Source: a virus | Lineage: Duplodnaviria > Caudoviricetes | Strand: one strand, 5' to 3' | IMG/VR virus record: IMGVR_UViG_3300044296_000012 | Location: 1-30,149 of that record | Length of the DNA: 30,149 nt | Shown here: positions 26,101 through 30,149 of the stretch, piece after piece | Layout of the letters: each line of letters opens with the position of its first letter | Numbering within the stretch: the stretch's first letter is position 1 | Notes under the pieces: generated by a model | What the model was told of the DNA's origin: nothing | Seen by the model: the letters and a program-made list of their open reading frames with translations, nothing else | The model's database searches: none | Position numbers and translations under genes: made by a program

Positions 26101-26424
26101 ATGTTGTTAATGGGGATGCCAGCGTCTCCTCCGGCAATTATCATTACATTGACCAAAGAGGAGATGGCTAAACGAGCAATAGGAACGATCACAGTTTCTC
26201 GCAGCGAAGCACGCTGTGCCTTGAAGATTGCTTATAAAGAAAGTCGGTATGATCCCAAAGCGTTGAACAAGAAGTCTGGCGCTCGCGGTATGTGGCAGTT
26301 AATGTGGGGCAAACCTACATGGAATATCTGGAAGCAAACCGATGAGGCTGACAAGTATGTCAAGCATCGCTACAAGACTTGGTGTTCCGCATATCGACAT
26401 CATCAAGAAAGGAACTGGTACTAA
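26101..26424 (+). CDS. Lytic transglycosylase (SLT/lysozyme-like) domain protein
   Basis: SD GGAGG at 26087-91; IAYKESRYDPKALNKKSGARGMWQL (catalytic Glu) and YVKHRY...CSAYRHHQERNWY. Confidence 0.85.
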   Translation: MLLMGMPASPPAIIITLTKEEMAKRAIGTITVSRSEARCALKIAYKESRYDPKALNKKSGARGMWQLMWGKPTWNIWKQTDEADKYVKHRYKTWCSAYRHHQERNWY

Positions 26425-26426
26425 AC

Positions 26427-26753
26427 TTGAATCAATCTGAATTTCTTGAGGCAGTATTTCGTCACTACGAATTGGATCTTCCATACGGTGAGAAGAGTAT
26501 CTTCTGTCCGGTGCATGATGATTCACACAAGTCTGCCTCGGTTAATTCAGATAAAGGTGTCTGGGTATGCTATGCGTGTCATTCTGGTGGGACTGGAATC
26601 CATATCATTATGGCTAGAGAAAACATGGCATACCCAGACGCCATGAAATGGGCTGAGAAAAATCTTGGCAAGATATCCAAGACACCTCAGCGACCAACCA
26701 AGCGTAGAAGCGGAAACCGTTGGGTTCCGCCACGCTTAAGGAGTGTGTCGTGA
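26427..26753 (+). CDS. Primase zinc-binding domain (CHC2), stand-alone
   Basis: CPVHDDSHKSASV...WVCYACHSGG; start uncertain (TTG 26427). Confidence 0.88.
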   Translation: MNQSEFLEAVFRHYELDLPYGEKSIFCPVHDDSHKSASVNSDKGVWVCYACHSGGTGIHIIMARENMAYPDAMKWAEKNLGKISKTPQRPTKRRSGNRWVPPRLRSVS

Positions 26754-27283
26754 CTACCATTATTGGAATTCAGAAACCTACATACTGCATGTTGGTTGCT
26801 GATTCACAAGTAACAACCGATGATGGCAGACCATTCTCTCATCCAGAGATGGTGAAGATCAGCAAGGTTGGTAAGTATTTATTGGCTGGGGCTGGCGATG
26901 CTAACGCTTGCGATATTATTCAACATACTTGGAAACCTCCGTCACCTCACAGTAAGAAAGATATCTATCACTTCATGGTAAGTGAGGTAGCACCGAGCCT
27001 TCGCTCGGCGCTCAAGGATGCTGATTGGTTTACCAATGATAAGAATTCTGAGGACAAGTCTTTTGATTTGTTAATTGCTATTAATGGAATGATATTCCAG
27101 ATGGACGATTCGCTTACTATTCTTATGCGAGAAGATGGCATATATGGAATTGGATCTGGTTCTTCTTATGCGATAGGTGCTTTGCAGGCTGGCTATACTT
27201 GGCAGCGTGCTATGATTATTGCTGCAAAGAATGATGTTTATACTAGCCAACCATTCCAGATGGTTAAACAAAGTAAGGTGTGA
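26750..27283 (+). CDS. Proteasome beta / HslV-like Ntn-hydrolase (177 aa)
   Basis: SD AAGGAG then GTG ACT ACC gives M-TTIIGI; ADSQVT, VKI, LAGAGD and GIGSGSSYAIGAL motifs. Confidence 0.85.
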   Translation: MTTIIGIQKPTYCMLVADSQVTTDDGRPFSHPEMVKISKVGKYLLAGAGDANACDIIQHTWKPPSPHSKKDIYHFMVSEVAPSLRSALKDADWFTNDKNSEDKSFDLLIAINGMIFQMDDSLTILMREDGIYGIGSGSSYAIGALQAGYTWQRAMIIAAKNDVYTSQPFQMVKQSKV

Positions 27284-27483
27284 CAATGATTAGTCCACAA
27301 GAACCTAGTCGTGGTATGTCGAACGAAGAGTATGCTCGTGTTATGACGGGTGAAAAGTATTGGCGTGAACATATTGCTAAAGAAATTGATTTGCTTTGTA
27401 CAGATGAATGTCAAATACATCCTAATATTTATTTTCATAATGGGCATAATGCTGCTGCCGCTATCGCTAGGGGGCAGAAGTGA
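27280..27483 (+). CDS. Hypothetical protein (67 aa)
   Basis: GTGA-coupled; YWREHIAKEI motif shared with 27770-28042. Confidence 0.7.
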   Translation: MTMISPQEPSRGMSNEEYARVMTGEKYWREHIAKEIDLLCTDECQIHPNIYFHNGHNAAAAIARGQK

Positions 27484-27773
27484 CACACGATGAATTATTA
27501 GCAGACATTGATTTATGTATTGCACACGAATCTGAATTTGGCTTAAAGTCTATTGCAACCGCTTGGAAAGCCCTTCGTGCAGTAGTTGAATTACATAAGC
27601 CAATCCATCACGAATATCCAAATGGAAATTCTGAAACTAAATGTGCCCATTGTTACGATGGTTGTTGGGGTTGTGAAGAATGGGGTTGTGAAGATTGTGA
27701 ATGTAAGTGCCATCAAGCGGGAGATAATTACCCGTGCCCAACTATTCAGGCTATAGAAAAGGAATTGAAGTGA
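27480..27773 (+). CDS. Cys-rich hypothetical protein (97 aa), paralog of 28272-28487
   Basis: MTHDELL...ALRAVVELHKP...CAHC...YPCPTIQAIEKEL. Confidence 0.8.
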   Translation: MTHDELLADIDLCIAHESEFGLKSIATAWKALRAVVELHKPIHHEYPNGNSETKCAHCYDGCWGCEEWGCEDCECKCHQAGDNYPCPTIQAIEKELK

Positions 27774-28042
27774 CTGAATATTATTGGTTTACAAGTGTAA
27801 CAGATTTAGATGTTTATGGTTTTCTAAAACATTACAGAGACTTAATGGGATGGTCAGACCCAGTTTTAGGAACAATTTCAACAAAAGATGCGCAAAATAT
27901 TCTTGAATTATATTGGCGCAAAAAAATAGCCAAAGAAATTGAAAACTATCGTGTGGAATATTGTAGATGTGATTCAGAATTGAAGCCTAACTGTGAAGCA
28001 CTGCTTGATGTTATCAAAATTATTAAGAAGGAGTCAGAGTGA
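27770..28042 (+). CDS. Hypothetical protein (90 aa)
   Basis: GTGA-coupled start at 27770 with AAGGA upstream; YWRKKIAKEI motif. Confidence 0.7.
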   Translation: MTEYYWFTSVTDLDVYGFLKHYRDLMGWSDPVLGTISTKDAQNILELYWRKKIAKEIENYRVEYCRCDSELKPNCEALLDVIKIIKKESE

Positions 28043-28275
28043 AGATACACACAGAACTTGTAGGTGGAATATATGACGGTAAGCGCATAGAGTTAGATGG
28101 GAAAACACTGCCTATGGTAGTGGAGGTTCCCTACTTTCCGGATATGAGAGCGTTACTTGATGTTGCTTATCAAGTGCCAAGTGATAATCCTGAAGAGCCA
28201 TTGGTTCCGTACCGAATGGCAACCTATACTCTCAACAATGATGGCACCTATAGGTCTACAGAAAGAGAGTTATGA
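28039..28275 (+). CDS. Hypothetical protein (78 aa)
   Basis: SD AAGGAG, GTGA-coupled; LVGGIYDG motif. Confidence 0.75.
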   Translation: MKIHTELVGGIYDGKRIELDGKTLPMVVEVPYFPDMRALLDVAYQVPSDNPEEPLVPYRMATYTLNNDGTYRSTEREL

Positions 28276-28487
28276 TGACGCACGAAGAATTGTTATCAAA
28301 CCTTGATACACCGAGAGAGTTTCTTGGTGTGTTATATGCTCCTGATTGGCAACGTTGGGCGCTTCGTGCGGTAGTTGAATTGCATAAACCAGATGGTTCA
28401 TTGTGTAATGCGTGTTCGCACGATACGGAAATTCTTGAAACTTATCCCTGCTCAACTATTCAGGCTATTGAGAGGGAATTAGGATGA
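28272..28487 (+). CDS. Hypothetical protein (71 aa), paralog of 27480-27773
   Basis: MTHEELL...ALRAVVELHKP...CNAC...YPCSTIQAIEREL. Confidence 0.8.
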   Translation: MMTHEELLSNLDTPREFLGVLYAPDWQRWALRAVVELHKPDGSLCNACSHDTEILETYPCSTIQAIERELG

Positions 28488-29128
28488 GGATGAATCCTAA
28501 GATACTGGAACTGCATACTCGTGCAGCAAACCAATACCATGAAGCCTTATGGGATTCCCCAGCAGCAGAGTATCTATCTAAGCGTGGCATATTAGATGGC
28601 GCTGAGGTTTTTAAACTTGGCTATGTGGCAGAGCCAGCGCCGGGGCATGAGGATCGAATCAAGCATCACCTATCTATCCCATACATCACAGAGGCTGGCG
28701 TAGTGGGGTTTAAGTTCCGCCGTCTGGATGACGGCGATCCCAAGTACATGATTCCAACTGGTCAACGCCAGCACCTTTATAATGTGGACGCTATCCTGCA
28801 TGCAGTACGAGAAGTTCTTATAGTTGAGGGGGAGATTGATGCGATTTCTGCAACGCTTGTTGGACACCCAGCGGTGGCGGTGGCGGGTGTTAATGCTTGG
28901 AAGCCTCATTTTGCTCGCTGTTTTGATGGAATTGGTAGGGTAATTATTGCTACCGATAACGATGTGAAAGAGGATGGATCTAACCCGGGTCAAGACCTAG
29001 CCCGTAGATTGGTGGACGAAATACCTCAAGCCATCCGCGTGTCGTTACCGCCCGGTTCGGATATAAATAGTATAATTTGTGACCAAGGAGCGCAAGCATT
29101 AACCAAGTTGGTTGATGCATTAGATTAG
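28484..29128 (+). CDS. DNA primase catalytic (TOPRIM) domain
   Basis: AEYLSKRGI, FKLGYV, LSIPY, PKY, IVEGEIDAIS and IATDND...GQ motifs; lacks a Zn-binding domain. Confidence 0.92.
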   Translation: MRMNPKILELHTRAANQYHEALWDSPAAEYLSKRGILDGAEVFKLGYVAEPAPGHEDRIKHHLSIPYITEAGVVGFKFRRLDDGDPKYMIPTGQRQHLYNVDAILHAVREVLIVEGEIDAISATLVGHPAVAVAGVNAWKPHFARCFDGIGRVIIATDNDVKEDGSNPGQDLARRLVDEIPQAIRVSLPPGSDINSIICDQGAQALTKLVDALD

Positions 29129-29140
29129 AGAGGCGCTCTC

Positions 29141-29467
29141 TTGGTTGAAATACCTGATGCAAGCATCCAACAATTCCGGGATAATGCACAAAAGATTTAT
29201 GAAGAACTTCTATTTATTTTAGTTCGCAAACAAATAGACTATGGACCATACAATGTGCTGAACGCACCCGGTGGACCGATCAATGGTTTGTTGGTTCGCA
29301 TATCAGATAAGATTGAACGCCTCAAGAATCTCATTTACAATCCTAAAACAGCGGATCCCCAATTCGAATCTATTGAAGATTCGTTTATTGATCTGGCTAA
29401 CTACGCCATCATTGCGTTGATGGTTCAACGCAATATATGGAATGCTCATGTCAAAGAAAACATTTGA
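29141..29467 (+). CDS. DUF1599 / nucleotide-modification-associated domain protein
   Basis: KQIDYG...GLLVRISDKIERLKNL...ESIEDSFIDLANYAIIAL; GAGG upstream of TTG. Confidence 0.8.
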   Translation: MVEIPDASIQQFRDNAQKIYEELLFILVRKQIDYGPYNVLNAPGGPINGLLVRISDKIERLKNLIYNPKTADPQFESIEDSFIDLANYAIIALMVQRNIWNAHVKENI

Positions 29468-29723
29468 GCAGCGTAGACGCCATAGGATTCAAGCCTATGG
29501 TATTACTGTGGAACAGTATAACCAGATGCTAGAAGATCAAGATGGTGGTTGTTATTTATGTGGCGGAACTGATTCCAAATCACTAAGCATTGATCATTGC
29601 CACCATACTGGCAGGGTTCGTGGCTTGCTATGCTCTGCTCATAATCGTGCGTTGGGTTTGTTGGGTGATGACCCAGAGATGCTATTAAAAGCACATGCCT
29701 ATTTGGTGAAACACTATGTCTGA
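29448..29723 (+). CDS. Endonuclease VII-like (His-Me finger) protein
   Basis: YGITVEQYNQMLEDQDGGCYLC...LSIDHCHHTGRVRGLLCSAHNRALG. Confidence 0.9.
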   Translation: MSKKTFEQRRRHRIQAYGITVEQYNQMLEDQDGGCYLCGGTDSKSLSIDHCHHTGRVRGLLCSAHNRALGLLGDDPEMLLKAHAYLVKHYV

Positions 29724-30149
29724 ACTAGGTAAAGAACATCCAATATGGCAAGAGGTTATGGATATTAGTACGCCAGTTGCGTACCAAGTTTGGCGCAAGT
29801 ACCAGAAGTTTACTGAACTAGATGATGTCAAACAATCTATGTTTGAGTATGCTTGGAAACGAAAAGATAAAGTCAAAGAGTATTTGATGCGGGAAGATAC
29901 CGTCGAAAAACGCATGGGAATTAAGGCTTTTTCGACATTCATCCGCAGATCAGGCGAGCGCTACGCTCGCAAAGAAAAGGCACGCACCTTAGGATATGAA
30001 CTTGGCGATGAGTATTTCTATCGTCTTGAATTGGTGGAAGGATTAATCAGAGTACTAGGTTCCGGTGAATCGTATCTGGCTAACCAAGTGTTTGATCCTG
30101 AATCGCATGGAGTTAAGGCAAAGAAGTTGCCTAACGAAGGTAACAATCT
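29716..30149 (+). CDS. Sigma-factor-like actinophage protein, 3'-truncated (not in ORF track)
   Basis: Open from ATG 29716 to the window end: MSELGKEHPIWQEVMDISTPVAYQVWRKYQKFTELDDVKQSMFEYAW...ERYARKEKARTLGYELGDEYFY..., with sigma region 2-like helices. Confidence 0.6.
   Translation, partial: MSELGKEHPIWQEVMDISTPVAYQVWRKYQKFTELDDVKQSMFEYAWKRKDKVKEYLMREDTVEKRMGIKAFSTFIRRSGERYARKEKARTLGYELGDEYFYRLELVEGLIRVLGSGESYLANQVFDPESHGVKAKKLPNEGNN

Noticed and set aside
27480-28487. Diversity-generating retroelement template/variable repeat pair
   Set aside because: Matches are short, mismatches are synonymous third positions and include non-adenine changes, and no reverse transcriptase is in the window.
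29071-29076. Perfect TATAAT inside the primase 3' end
   Set aside because: No recognisable -35 element; explained by the Ser-Ile-Ile codons.
1-30149. tRNA, rRNA, integrase, terminase, DNA polymerase or alternative genetic code
   Set aside because: None recognised; standard-code ORFs tile the window with normal stop/start coupling. The missing core genes probably lie outside the window.

Overview
The window is a densely packed, almost entirely plus-strand segment of a tailed dsDNA phage with podovirus-like architecture. GC content looks to be in the low 40s percent, judged by eye. Gene order: 3' part of the portal, a histone-H1-like/LysM protein, large putative internal (ejection) proteins, scaffold, major capsid, a cluster of tiny basic proteins, adaptor, Ser/Ala-rich tail fibre and tip genes, holin-like genes with a CHAP endolysin, tail nozzle and a stand-alone peptidoglycan-binding domain. 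A divergent control region at about 22.2-22.6 kb follows. Next comes a replication/early module: a RecB/Cas4-like nuclease split into two ORFs, DnaB-like helicase, WhiB, Hjc-like resolvase, SLT transglycosylase, a primase split into CHC2 and TOPRIM genes, a proteasome-beta/HslV-like protease, DUF1599-like protein, endonuclease VII and a truncated sigma-like gene. WhiB plus low GC suggests a low-GC actinobacterial host, such as freshwater Nanopelagicales (inference). The most unusual signals are the split nuclease with a Zn-finger gene inserted between its halves, a candidate minus-strand structured RNA carrying G7-UA-G7 downstream of tandem GACAC boxes, two intergenic H-type pseudoknots, and apparent avoidance of CCWGG, GGCC and AGCT. 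All family calls come from motif recognition by eye; no searches were run.
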